64,000 nt of DNA from assembly GCF_963921235.1 (NCBI RefSeq), contig NC_086114.1:1860001-1924000 (forward strand), read 5' to 3'. The translations under genes were made by a program, and so were the position numbers. A model generated the notes under the pieces. That model did no database searches, was not told where the DNA came from, and was given only the letters and a program-made list of their open reading frames with translations. Shown here piece after piece: positions 63,510 to 64,000 of this stretch (within the stretch, counting starts at the first letter, position 1; every line of letters starts with the position of its first letter). The stretch is from Mobula hypostoma. Its lineage: Eukaryota.

Positions 63510-64000
63510 ACAGCAAAGAAAAGGCAGACATGTTGAATACACCTTTTGCTTCTGTTGTCACCATGGAAATCTTTGCTAATGTGTCTAAGATATCATACAA
63601 GATCTTTTCAAATAACATGGCAGAACTTACGAAAATCCCAAACTCCAGAGAGGTAAAGTATTGGAGAATCTCAGGGGGCTAATGTGGACAAACCACCAGG
63701 TTCTGATGGACTGCACACACTAGGGCTCTACAGAAGTTGTGGACTGATCCATTGAAATCTTTAATAACTTGCTGTATTCCTGGAGGGTGCCAGAAGGTGA
63801 ATATAATTAAACCTGATCAACATGGTTTTATGAAATGTAAATCACGGTTGACAAATTTGCTTGAATTCTCTGAGGATGGAAAAGGGAGAGCTGATAAAGG
63901 GAGCCTGTAGATGTGACGTATTTAGATTTCCGAAAGGCATTTAAGACAGCAGTCCATTGCATAGATTACACATGCCCATAGTACTGGAAGAAATGTATTC
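63510..64000 (+). mobile_element. Old CR1 RT fragment
   Basis: DKPPGSDGLH; QHGFMK.KS.LTNL..F; VDVTYLDFRKAF. Confidence 0.65.

Overview
Vertebrate genomic DNA. The repeat landscape (CR1, Rex1/Babar-like, Penelope, Tc1, hAT) looks like a cartilaginous fish such as a ray or shark; that assignment is inference. Two complete protein-coding genes can be built from the sequence. (1) znf511 on +, 6 exons: join 1169-1252, 3100-3170, 3268-3469, 13474-13598, 16202-16405, 19976-20045; 251 aa; all introns GT-AG and phase-consistent. It sits behind a CpG-island/CCAAT promoter that probably also drives a divergent gene leaving the window to the left (tubgcp2 by synteny). (2) An Msx homeobox gene on -, 2 exons: 40107-39705 and 38569-38154; 272 aa; most likely msx3 by its position next to znf511; it lies inside a ~17 kb CpG-retaining domain. 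The rest is mostly nested transposon fossils, large minisatellites (two born inside CR1 LINEs) and one assembly gap. The most notable signal is a young Penelope-like (GIY-YIG) retroelement family whose 3' tail carries a minimal type-I hammerhead ribozyme motif (AGTC-CTGACGA-stem II-GAAACGTC-GACT). The family appears as a ~2.2 kb near-perfect palindrome with a 15-bp TSD (24077-26305), a ~250-bp mini-palindrome with a 15-bp TSD (123-370), a ~98-bp insert that begins at the ribozyme and has a 12-bp TSD (57993-58090), and about 7 decayed copies.
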